From Craspedostauros australis (taxonomy: Eukaryota), in contig JALAGF010004938.1 in NCBI GenBank assembly GCA_030167865.1, positions 1 to 32,478 on the forward strand: a stretch of 32,478 nucleotides of DNA, in the 5' to 3' direction. Of this stretch, positions 10,124 through 22,427 are shown piece by piece (the first letter of the stretch is position 1; the number at the start of each line of letters is the position of its first letter). A program made the translations under genes and the position numbers. A model generated the notes under the pieces. It saw only the letters and a program-made list of their open reading frames with translations. It was not told the origin of the DNA and did not search any database.

Positions 10124-13100
10124 CTATCTGGATCTTCTGGAAAATGAAATGTCCTTCTCTGCCGCCAACACGACCGAAACGTCCTTGGGCGCAATTCGGA
10201 CCTGCAGGCACGGCAAGGCTTCGGGCGACGCCAGACTTGACTTGTACTCATCGTACGAATCCAGCAGCTCTTCCCACGTGATCGCCGAGCAGGTCTCCCT
10301 GTCTACTTCGTCTGACAGAATCAGCGAGGACGGGGATGCCACGGTGTCGCCTGCCGTGCGTGCTACCACGATCAAGGAGGAGATCTTGCGCGGCAGGGCA
10401 CGCAGCTGTGTGCCGTATCGCAAAATTGCGGCATACAAGGGACCTTCGCACGGGATGTTGCGTTGGCCGACCGAGTCCAGCACGAAAAGGAGGAATCGGA
10501 ATTTGTCGGAAGCTTCAGGATCGACCTGTCCGGAAATCTCACCACGCAGCATCATTCGCTTGCGTGGGAACAGATTCATGGCTTCGAACATGTCACGGTA
10601 CATGGCCTTGGATGGGATATTGCCTTTCTCAAAGAGGTCCGTGGCAGCGCGTCGGGCCATGTCGTAGTCACCTTGTCGCAACGATGTTTCGATGATGACA
10701 CCATAGACTCGCATCAGGTGCTTGCCCTTCAGCACCGAAGATCGTCGCGGTAAAGCGGCGACGATGTCGAATGCTTCCTGCATGGATCCCTCCATGCAGA
10801 GAGCTCGCACGCCTTGCGCCATGGCGTGTCCATCCGGTTCCTCCATGCGTCTGTAGATATCGGCGGCCATGTCTGGTTTGCCAGACGACAAGCAGGCACC
10901 CATGAGCGCGGTCAATGTCTTCAAATTCGGTTTCAATCCCAACGCATTCATCCTCGTGAGCAAATCGAATGCGCGCTCGTGATCTCCCAATGCAGATGCT
11001 GCCGTGATGGCGGTGGTGTAGAGGTATACGTTCTCCATCAGTCCCACAGTGCGGGTATCGGCGCAGGCCGATTCAAACAAAGTCACGCATCCTGCCGGAT
11101 TGCCCTGTCGCAGCAGTCCCGACATGAGGAGGCCGTACGTGATGGAATTGGGCGCCACGCCGTCCAGCTCCATTTCATTGATGATGAGCTTCGCAGCGAT
11201 CACCTTGTGTCGCTCGCAAAGAACCTTGACGATTTCGTTGTAAGTGACTACGTCCACTTCGATTCCACGGTCCTTCATGTCGTAGAGCATCTCCTGGATG
11301 TCGCTGTCCTCGTGTGCGATGATGGGACGGATCATGGCGGTGTAGGTGAATTTGTCTGGCTTGACGCCGGTTCGTTCCATCTCGGCAAAGAGGTCCAGTG
11401 CGCGGTTGTACAGACCAGCACGCGCAAGGGCGTTCATGATGGTGTTGTAGGACACGATGTCACGGTTGGGCGTGCCGATCTCGATGTTCTTGTTGCTGGG
11501 TAGGTTCATGCTCTGGAAGAGCTTGAAGGCTGCCTTCAATCCTTCCTTGGTCTGCGTGGTGGAGGCTGCCGAGATGGCGATATTGTAGCACTGAGTGTCT
11601 GCACGCAGGGTGCCATCGGGGCCAGAGTTGGGCCACACGATGGAGTCCAACCCGTCAATGGTGGTCGCGCTCTGTCCTTCGACGGCCGCGAGGACGCGGC
11701 GGATTGTGTCAAAATCTCCCCGCTGGGCATGCGCCTTGAGCAGGGAGCTGACGATGTACACATCCAGCGAGTCCGTGGTCGCAACAATATGCTTGCCACC
11801 CTTGCCAACCACGATATTGTTGGGGATGGCGTTGGAACCGTTGGAGGATAGGCCCACGCACGATTCGAAGGCGCGGATGGCACCATCTGGCTTATTGCAA
11901 GAGAGGTAGGCATTCATGATCATCGAGAGGGTGACGGCATCGACGGTGGCTTCGGCACTGGCAAGCGCATCCATCACCTTATCTGCCACCAGAGCTCTGA
12001 CTGCATACTTGTCCACGAATTTGGCCCTGCCCATGAGCTGCTTCCGCTGTTGCTTTTCCTCGTTGGAATACCGATTCAGAATTTCGCGGCATCTGCGGAT
12101 GAGCTCCGAGGGTGATGGCTTTGTGGATGGTTCTGTCGTAATTGTGCCCGTCGTGGCGCTCCCGTTTGTTCGGCTTCCACTGTTGATGGCAGTCTCTGAA
12201 GTTGCAGGCGCGGCAACAACGACAGGGGTAGCATTACTACCGTCATCGTCGGCAAGGTTGAGGTTTGGTCGCTGGAATCGCAAAGTGATCTGCTGACCCG
12301 GCAAACGCGCCGTGACGGCCGAGATAACTCCCTCGACAGTGGAGACAGGCCAGAGCTTGTCACCGATCGACGCGTCCACGGCGAGGATGCGATCACCTGG
12401 TTTGACAGCATAACGCACCAACGTTGGGGCGTTCTCTGTGAATCCTGTGACCTGGACAAAACCATCCCCAGTTTCTGCGGTGGTGTAAATAGTGTGTTAT
12501 GTTGTGTAGGATATGTGTGTGTGTTTTTGTTGGAAGGTGCGATAAGGGCAAATTGCGATGGAAAGAAGATGTGAGGAAGAGACGCGGTAACAACAGAGAT
12601 GGATATCCCTTCATTCATTCATTGGATGGGGTTCATTCGCGAACACAACAAAGCAGCACCGCAAGGCACCACCACAATGATACAATTTGAGTATTCGCAC
12701 GTACCGGCCAATTCCAAACCCAAGGGCTTGGTGAGCGTGAGTTCGAATTGATTGTCGACAACGGCGTCGCCATCGAGTCGTTGGAATTCCAGCTTGATGG
12801 ATGACGCACGACGCGAGGAGACCGCCGAACGAACTCCCTCCAGGGTGCTCTTTGGCCACTGGGCATCGCCCAACGTGGCGGAGGTGGATCGGACGATATC
12901 GCCCACTCGCACACCTGCCTTCCACGAAGCGCTGTTGGGTTCCACGGCCACGACGACGACGCCTTGGAAGTTGTAATCGACTCGTCTCAGGATCGCAGCT
13001 TTGTCCATGATGCTGTCGTCGTCACCATCTGTTGTTGTTGTGGTCGATTGATTGTCGATGTCTGCATTCTTAACCTGCTCAATCTGCTCGATCCGCAGCG

Positions 13101-13728
13101 TATCCAAGGACATCTGCTGTGGCGCAAATTGTCGGCCCTTTTGGATCTGCCCCAACGTCAATCCAATCGTGAGGGCGTTGGTCTGCGTCAGACGGTTTTG
13201 GCCCTTCTGCAACGGCAACGTCACTGTGTAAGTCTTGATGCGCTGCTGCACTTTCTGGCTGCGTTCCGCGATCTCCAATTCGGTGGAGTCTGGCGCATCG
13301 TCCACGGCCTCGGACAGCGACTGCGAGACAGCATTGGCAGCGTTGACGACGGCGTCGCTGATGTCCTGCGGGTCGTTGGCATTGCTGCCGCTGCTGCTGT
13401 ATCCCGATGACGACATTGAGAGCTGAGAGGAAGTTGACCACGCGGATGATGACGCTGTCGCTGTTGCCCATGGGTGCTGTATTCTTCTGTGATTGTGATC
13501 GTTTGCGAATGGTGATCTCCTGGCTACGCGTGTGACTGTAGCTGCGCATGTGGATGAGGTGGTAGATTGGAGGGGATGATGGATGGAGTGGATGGAGAAC
13601 GCTGGGAGTTGGAATGCGTCTGCCATCATTGTGCCTGGCGATGATGACTGTGATGATGTCAATGTTGTTGTCATTGTCGTTGATGACATGGACAGCAAAG
13701 CCGCAAGGGCAATTCCGAAACGAGCCAT
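10124..13728 (-). CDS. Plastid-targeted tandem-PDZ + pentatricopeptide-repeat (PPR) protein, ~1124 aa (2 exons)
   Basis: Exons 13728-12705 and 12474-10124; phase-1 intron GTACGT...CAG joins KPLGLELA|E-TGDGFVQV. Two PDZ-like units, then ~35-aa PPR repeats (DIVSYNTIMNALARAGLYNRALDLFAEMERTGVKP; DKFTYTAMI; DVVTYNEIV; NSITYGLLM; NVYLYTTAI). N-terminus has ADA-FQL. Confidence 0.88.
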
Positions 13729-15086
13729 TGTGATTGTAAATCTGCGGGTGCAGGATAATGTGCAAACGAGTCTGGTCTGGTCTGATCTCTCTGTTGGCGG
13801 AGTGTGTGAGAAAGAGTATGGCTATTGCTCGATTGCTGTTCCGCTGTGTTACGCTGTGTTGCGTTGTGGAGTGGAGTGTTGCTCTGATGACTCTTCAAGT
13901 TGTGATCCTTTGAGGCATGCCAACGCGGGCGGGCGGTTGGGAGCGAAGATGAGTGGCACGAATGAAGCGCAAAGCGATCCTTCCGTGTCTTTCGTCTCGT
14001 CTTGTGTTGCTTTCGTTGTTGCTGCTGATGCAGATCGCAATCGTATCTGCGTCTGTTCCTGTACTGTCACTGAGCGACAACGATTGGCAATGAATGACGA
14101 TGGATTGTGCTCGTTGCAGCTGCTGCTATGGTGGCGTTGGAAGAGATGACGACAGCAGCCTTCCTCAACTTCTTCTCTGCTGTTCGTTCACCGTCACTCA
14201 CAATCCCTGCTCTCCTCTGCTGCACTACTCTCTTCTTGACTCAGCGGCTCAATCCTCCTTGTCCTTTGTCTTGTTCTTGTCCTCCCCTTGTGTGCGCGTC
14301 GTGACCTGTTGTCCTCACGAGTTGCTTCGCTCACCGTTGACGCTCCTTGTTGTGCTGTGTTGGCGGACGCCGCTGAGTTGTTTTGGTGACATGTCGTCGA
14401 TTCCACAAGAGCTTCAACAACGCTCCGACAATCGCATCACATCAACCGGCATTTTCGCTCTCACACACATACGCTCCGAATTCTCGCGTGTCTCATGGCC
14501 GGCTTCGTTGACCAATCACGTTGGCCGCGATCTTCTTCGTCACGCCTGACAAAGCAGATGGCCATCAGCGCCCACCGTTGTCTTTGTGCCGGAAAGACAG
14601 AAAGACAGAGAGAGAGAAATGAAGCGAAACACAAGCGGTTCTTCTCGACGCCCAGAACCGCTCTTCGACGATCCGAAACACGTCACTTCAACTACGACCC
14701 ATCGCAGCACAGACACAATCTTGGTTTGTTCGCATCAGTCATACAGTTCATTTTGATCGAAAATACGACCCGTTCGATTATATCCACTCTTGCCAAACTC
14801 GAGTTTTGGTTTGACACGGCGAGTCGCCAAAAGCGACATGTTCTGCCGCGAAGAAATCCCTCCGACACCCATCATCACCAACACCGACCATGGCACTCAA
14901 TCCGAAACGCAGTTGCCGCAGTGAGCGACCATGCCACCGCAGTCGCAGCGCAATCCGACCAGAAGTCTCGAAGCTGCAGCCAAGACAGGAACCCGAACGG
15001 CGTCCCGCATCAAACACATCAGGCCCATCTGCTTCATTGAAGACTTGCATTGGAGACGAACATCCCACACAAAGCATCAAGGCAGC

Positions 15087-18000
15087 ATGTCGGGACACTA
15101 CGGCCATGGCGGTGGCGGTGGCGGTTACAGTGGAGGACATGGCGGAGGACATGGTGGAGGAGGTGGAGGCTTCGGCAGACAGCAATGGCGCAGCGATGGC
15201 CCGTCACCCAAAAGATACCGCTCCGACGGTCAGCAACATGGGCGAGGATACGACAGAGGCGGCCGTGGTGGTCGTGGAAGGCAATCTGGTACCATCAATA
15301 GACCAGCGTAAGTACATACGATTACAATGCTGCGAGGCTACTCGTAGAGTGTGCATTATCCGTGCCGCGCTCAATCGCCAAAAGTGCCTACCGAATCAAG
15401 CGCCAGTCTCTTGCGAAAGCATCTTCGTTGCATCTGTACTGTGCGGGCACAAGTACAACACAACACCAACCGAACCTCACAATCCTGGACCTCCTTCTGC
15501 CACTTGACCATGCGTGGTGTCCGGACCGATCGCCCACACGCACCGCACATTGACATGCACGATAATTCTTCACAAACCGCGCCAACACAACCCAATCCAA
15601 CTCGCAGCACGGTGAGAGTACTGACCAACTTCTTCCCCATCGACTTCCAAGCGAAGAACGCGAGAGAAGTCTCGCAGTACCAAGTTACCATCGTGCCCGT
15701 TCGCCACTTCATCAAGAAGGATGAGAATGGAACGTTCATTCGCGATGAAGACAACAAGCCCATCAGGACCGTCGCACCTGGCGCCAAGTCACGGGTGACC
15801 GGATTCAACAAGAGCATCTCGCGCGGTTCCACGGAGCAAACCCGTGCAATTCTCTCCAAACTCGAAGATGAGCTGTTTGGCGGCGCCGGCGGCTCCGGCA
15901 GACATGGAGAGGTCATTGTTGTAAGTCCTTCGTTGCATTCCATCCTACGCGCACTATGCACGCGTGCTGATCCATTGCCGTCCAAGCCAAGCATCGTCCA
16001 TGAACAAATCCATGGTGTTCTCAGTCCTCAAGTCATCGTTCCTGGACTCGCCTCGCCTCACGATTCGCTGACTTGTTGTCTTCTCCTTCATCCTTTACAA
16101 CAACCCCAAACCATCATCCTGCACTCAAATTGAACACGATCAAAACAAATTCAATCAAACCAAACCATCGCTTTGCTTGCATTCCTCAGAATGATGGATT
16201 GTCCATCGTTTACAGCGACTCGAAACTCAACGACAGCTACCTCGTCAAGATCCAGAACCAATTCGAGGAAACTCGCTTTGATGGGTATGTGTTGTTCATC
16301 TGAACTGCGCTCCGATGCAAGTGCAAGCATACTCGCACGACAGATCCTCCGTCGAACTCGTAGACTGATGACATCTTCATGCTTCACTGTGTATCTCAAC
16401 TTCTACTCACATTGCGTTTTGCACAACTTTCTCTATCACGATGCGACGCACTCTGCACATGTTCTGGCCACACAATACGCACGATACGCATGATACGCAC
16501 GAGACAGATCACCCAAGCTGGAATCATTCCAGGTCTATCTGAAGGAGGTGGCAACTATCAGCCTGGACAATCTTGCCGATTGCGTCAGGATGGCGAGGGG
16601 GGAAGGGCCATTCAAAGCGTTGTCGGGTGGCGTGCTCGACACGGTCGACTTGAGCAAAGAAGCTGCCCTGGGTGCAATGCGAGCGACATCATTCGTCAAT
16701 ACCATCGTCGGGCATGCTGAGATGAAGAACCTTCTCGCGAGCGGCAGGGATCCGAAGAGATTCTACAGGGAACCGAACAGAAGGGAGATCGACAACAGCA
16801 GACTGCTGCAAAAATACTATGGAAGGGTAAGTTGATCGCTGATCAAGTGCGCCACCAAATGCAACGTGTGGCGACTACGTTCGATAATTCTGCCAAATCC
16901 CTCCATTGCCTCACGAACAAAGCACCTTTTCCGCGATCGCCACTGATCTTCTACATTGGTGTATACATCATCTTTTACCACAACTTTTTCGCCAACTTGT
17001 GTACATGCATCACATCACTACCATCAACATCCTTCCGCACCCCTGGCTGTGCGACGGCGTCTCTCACTCGATAGAACAAACATCAAACGCTCGCCCCGCT
17101 CATCGGGATTTCACAGTCCGTGCGTTTCACACAGTCAGGAAGCCTCGTCCTGACAGCAGACACGAACATCAGTCACTTCCATCGTTCCACATTCCACGAA
17201 AGCAATGAGCCAATCCCTGTCTACAATCCTTCAGCAGGGACATTGGCTGGGATTTCTATGGGCAGGGGTCCGTTGGGCAACGACCTCAAGCAAAAGATTT
17301 GCGACCGACTCTGGGCGATGGAGTTCAATGTCAAGCTAACAATCCCGAAGGGTTGCGCGTGGGAAAGAGGTGAGTGACGTACCATACTCATTGGCAGAAC
17401 CTGCGAAATGCTGTGCTCTCCATCTTCCAATGGCCATGGTTGTATGATACTCGCACACATGCCATACGGACATACGCACTCGTACATATCTCACATATCG
17501 ATGCATTCACCCAACGTGTACTAATACTGTTCCATACCTATGATGCCACGCCTCATTCGAGCAGAGCTGAGAGACCGTGGTAAGGAGAATGAATTCATTG
17601 AAGGGAAGAGGCGCCAGCTTGAGAACAGGTACAATCTACGCATGAAACGTGACCATGACGGACCAACGCGCATCGAAGAAAGAGGCATCCGCTTCGATCC
17701 CACATCTGTCTGCTTCATCATGTCTCCGCCGAGAAGAAAAGACGACAAAGTGAAAGGAGAAGACAGGACACAGCCAGAACCTACGGAAGTCCTCAGCAAG
17801 GCACCCGACGAAGAAACGCTGGAGCCGGAGGGAAAACAAGTCAGAGTCATCGACTACTTCTTTGAGAGATACGGAATCCGTATCAACCCCAACCTCCCCT
17901 TGATCAACACAGGCAAAGGCTGGTTCTCAGTTGAACATCTTTTCCAACGCACGACGGAAGTGCGTGGTGATGAGCTCACGAAGGACGACGTGCTGAGTTT

Positions 18001-21000
18001 CAACGATGAATTCGCGTCCACCAACCGCATCCATCACATCAAGGACACCCTCCAGTGGATACTGCATCAAGGCAATGAAAGGCAGACACTGAATGACTAC
18101 CTGCAGCACTATTCGCTGACTGTCAACACTGAACCGCTGAACCTGGAAGCCAAGGTGCTGGACGTCCCCACGCTACGGTTTTCGAACAACAACACTGTCA
18201 ACACTTCAAGGGGAACATGGAACCTCAAAGGTGTCGAATGGAGCGCGTAAGTCGTTGTTCGTTTACTGATGAAGGCTAAGATTCATGGGGCAGTCATTCT
18301 TCGTGCAGTTATCGATGTCATTTGCCTTGCCGCTACCACCACTCTCAACTATTATATCCCTTTGCTCCAAGCTTTCTCCTTCTTTTGTTGCATGGTCTAC
18401 CATACATCGCATACCGTGTGTCGCATGTCACATGTCGCCTATCGTCCATTTCGAATCAACAGTTCAGCAGACGTGGATTCATTTGCCGTCTTGAATGCCA
18501 GCGGTAACAGTTGCGAGGATTACATGAACAATCAGCTGAGGTCCATGAGTGCTCACGGGATGCGGGTCCCATCTGTGAATCTTGCCGACGTCACCGCTCA
18601 TTCTCGCTCATCTCATTTCAGCCTCGAAAAGCAAGATGTAAGTGGCAACCAGCTCGCAGGCTCATCTGAGTGCTTACGTGTGCTTTTGGCGGCTACATTG
18701 CTACGCTCTTTGAAAAACAACCGTGCATGGGCATGCTTGGCTTGTGCTGTCTCCGATTGCCTTGGATAGAGTCAACCAGAGCGAATCGAATTGAACTGAA
18801 TTCAATTGCAACTCCTTGACTTTCATTTATCCCTACTTGCACACCACCGAATTCGATCCCCCGCCTCTTGAATCGCATTCGCAGTTTGCAGCACTCTTTG
18901 ACGAGGCTATTGGTCGTGCTCGCAGCTACTTCTATGGATCTATTCGCGAGATGCAGGTGGGGCGCTTCCTCAATTATCGCACAGACACAGGAGAAGTGGT
19001 GCGGGCCGCAGTGCTGAGAGATCCGGAGCAAGGAATATTCCTCATCCCACAAAGCCGGACCAGAGAGGATGCAACGTGGGCAACCCACATTGTAGTGAAC
19101 AGGAAGAACTCCCTTGCGGATTTCGCGAAGATGATGTTCATCCAAAATGGCAAGCCATGTGATGTGTTCGATCTTCGCCAAAATCAGCGTGGTGAATATG
19201 AAGGTACGTCAATGGAAACAGTAGGAACAAGAGAAGTAATGGAGACAATTGTACAAAGCGCAGAATGCAGAGCGCATATCGCAGGCGGCGGGGCTTTGAT
19301 GCCATGCAAACAAATTGGTGACTGCTGTTCACACTTGTCATCAACTCTCTCACCAAATCTCTTCCTTCGTCGCTTTTGTCTCCTTACCAAATGTTTCGTA
19401 TGGACAACCACGTTTACCAAAACAACGACGACGATAATGACGTCAATGACGGAACGATCAATACTTCGCCTGCGACGGATGCAGTGTCTGGGGTTGTGTA
19501 CGAACTAAAGAGCATTCCATACCGTTACGTCAGCGCGGATGACATCAAAAGCAACCCCAAGTGCTTGTTCGCAGTGAGCGAGAAGCCAGGATTCGTCTCG
19601 GAAAATGAGCTCAGCTGTCCTGACGTGGTTTTCGTGTACTTTGCAGACCGCGCCAAGACGGAAGTGTACGATTTCCTCAAGAGTTTGACCCACGCAAAGT
19701 ATCCCAACACAGTCACCCAGTGTGTGTGTCACGCCAAATACAGTTCCCAGAGGGCCAAGCAACAGTAGTAAGTGATGGCGACGTTGACCAAGGCAACGCT
19801 CTCCTCCGCTTCGTTGGCATTCCTGAATCGACTTGCGTCGCCAGCGCAACTCCAGACTGACACAGTGCCTGCAAATTCTTTCCTCGATCTGTATTTGCCT
19901 CGATGAACCTGGACCTGCGCACTTTGGAAACGCTTGGATTTGTGGCTTAACGCTCCAGCTGTTCCAACATTTCTCTGAAGCTCAACACCAAGCTCTCATC
20001 AGCAACCAACCAAGCAAGAGCATGGTCCACATGCCACAACGCTACCAGCCAGCATGGGCAGGGGCGAATGCTCGAGGGGATCCCCTGGATTTCCGAAGTG
20101 CCTACCTTGGTGGTTGGATACACCTTCGTCCGCGGTAAGTGGCGATCATCGTGAAGCGTGTATTGTGCTGCCAGCTCTCTAGGGGATATGGAGTTGAGCC
20201 TGTGTTTCTCCCTTCGCACATTCATGTATACGTGTGTTGTGCAGCTGCTCCAGCCATCTGTCCATCCATTCGTGTGTCTGTCTATTCCATCACTCACTCG
20301 TCTGTGTGTGCGCTCACTTCTTCTTTCACATGATACCTTCAAAATCGCACGCCGATGCATGCCTCAATGCGACTGACATCCATTTTTCGTCTTCATTTGC
20401 AGGCATGGGGAGAGAAAGTCTCACTGTGGTTGGAGGGTCCGTCTGCCTTGACAAGTTTTGTGTGCAGATGGGACACGCTGTGGAAATTCAGCGCAAGGAG
20501 GGGGAGTGCGTCACAAGTACACGAATGAAAAGCATGTGCAAGGTCAGTGCAACATACTCTACGTACACTATGGAGTACTGGTTGGTTGTTTAATGATGCG
20601 GGTGCTACTTGCTGCAGCTGCGGACGGTGTTTGAACCATGCATATTGCGTGTTGCATGCTGTTCTCACCAGTCATCCGTGGCCCATTCCTGCCTTTGTCG
20701 TCATTTTGCCGTCATTCTCTCTATCATTTTCCCAACCTCTACTCCCTTACTCTCACCGGCACAGCATCTGCTGTTCCAGTACAAGGCGCACCAGCATGCT
20801 TCGAACGACGGAACGAAGCCTCTCGGTGTGAAGAGAATCGTGGTGTTCCGAAATGGAGGTGCAGATGGAAGCTTTCCCGAGATCTTGAGCAATGAGATTA
20901 CGGAAGGGATCCGCGAAGCCGTCGCAGAGGACAGCGCGTGCGGAGCGGACGGTCCCTGCAGGGACTCAAACTGCTTCGAATGTCGCCCACCAGTCACCTG

Positions 21001-21761
21001 CGTCGTCTCTCAAAAGGATCATAGTGTCCGCATCGTGCCAGACATGGGTGCGCAGCGGGGCAAGCCGGTCAATGTCGACAGCGGGACGGTTGTGGACGAC
21101 CCAAAGATCATGATGTTCGAGAATGGGTTGAAGTTGGCCACCAGCGCATCCGAAGCCGGAGACAATGGCTTTGATTTCTTTCTCACTGCACAAGCCGGAC
21201 TGAAGGGCACTTCGAAGCCGGTGCTCTACCGCGTTTTGGAGAATGAAAATTACACGAGGACCCCACCGGGCGGAACATCCTTGACACGCGACATCCTGGA
21301 ACAGATGTGTTACCACATGTCATTCCAGTATGGCACAGCAACAAAGTCAACGCGGCTGCTCCCGATTCTGAAGTATGCCGAACGAGCGGCAACCCACGCT
21401 CGCAACTACTTTGATCGTGAGTACGGCTGCAGTATCGTCTTGCTTGCTTGCTGACCATACTTGCTTGAATCAACGAATCTGATACTGCGGTGCCATCATG
21501 TGCCCTTGCATACCTCGTATCGCCTTCTCACATCCACATAATGTATCGTCCAACCCTCTTGCGGTGTATTACAAACACTCTGAACATCGGTCCGGCGTGA
21601 AACTTGAAGACCTTGCATATACCAAGCTGAACACAGAGGCAGATCTGTTGGTGGAGGAGACGCTTGCTCCCATGCTTCAGAGGTTGTGGACCGAGGGAAG
21701 GATCAACGAGCGGCCGGACTTTTTGCATGGCCTTCGGTGCCATCCACACACCACCGCATGA
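15087..21761 (+). CDS. AGO: Divergent Argonaute protein, ~1273 aa, predicted slicer-inactive (13 exons)
   Basis: Exons 15087-15307, 15608-15920, 16190-16284, 16508-16826, 17075-17369, 17565-18246, 18463-18637, 18885-19203, 19485-19767, 19959-20134, 20403-20542, 20765-21416, 21610-21761. All introns are GT-AG and phase-compatible, giving 3822 nt. Domains: Gly/RGG N-tail; N (VRVLTNFFPI, NDGLSIVYS); L1 (GISQSVRFTQSGSLVLTADT); PAZ (VIDYFFERYGIRINPNLPLI); L2 (LEAKVLDVPTLRF...GTWNL); MID (VYDFLK, VTQCV, NISLKLNTKL); PIWI (RIVVFRNG, NVDSGTVVD, FDFFLTAQAGLKGTSKPVLYRVL). An in-frame upstream ATG also exists at 14931. Confidence 0.93.
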
Positions 21762-22427
21762 TGGGCGAAGCAGCAGCGAGATGGTTCCTCTGCTGGTCGT
21801 TTCACATTTCCATCGACTGCAAGCCACAGCGATGCCCTTATACACGAGTCGCTGATCCGCCCGCCATCGTCCATGGTCCGGATCCCGATCCCGACAGCCC
21901 TACAGAAACAAGCTCAACACAAACACTACATATCAATACTTGCATGATAATACTCTGCTTGAGAGAGAAAGTAAGAGAGAAACAAATTGAAATCCGACTC
22001 CTACTTGTTCATCCAGCCCTGATCGGAGCTTTCGCAGAGAGAACGATCCCCAGTTGCAGGAACAGGTCGTGCGCGTATCAGTATTAGTAATAGATCGTCA
22101 GTCCACAGGCACTCCTTGTTCAATTGCCGGTAAAATACAGCGGCGCTGTGCATGGACAGGGCGAAATCGTAGTTGCAGGTGAACAAGTCCAAGAGAACTC
22201 GTCACAACCTGAAGTCAACGCTACTATACGTGTGGCACAACCACAAGCCGTTGAACCAATAACACACAACATAGAACCCGACTCCGAAAACTCCCCCTCA
22301 CACACCCTTGCGTCGTACTCGCACTAGCCCATTCGTACCTCACTGCGGAGCATACGAGCAGGCGCCACGCTCACGCAACATCCTGCCATCCAGTCAAGTT
22401 GGAAATGGACGACCAAAGGGCAGAGCG

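Noticed and set aside
19766-19771. Apparent double stop (TAG TAA) in the AGO MID region, suggesting a pseudogene
   Set aside because: It is TA|GTAAGT, a phase-2 donor. Splicing to 19959 restores QQ-Y-CSNISLKLNTKL.
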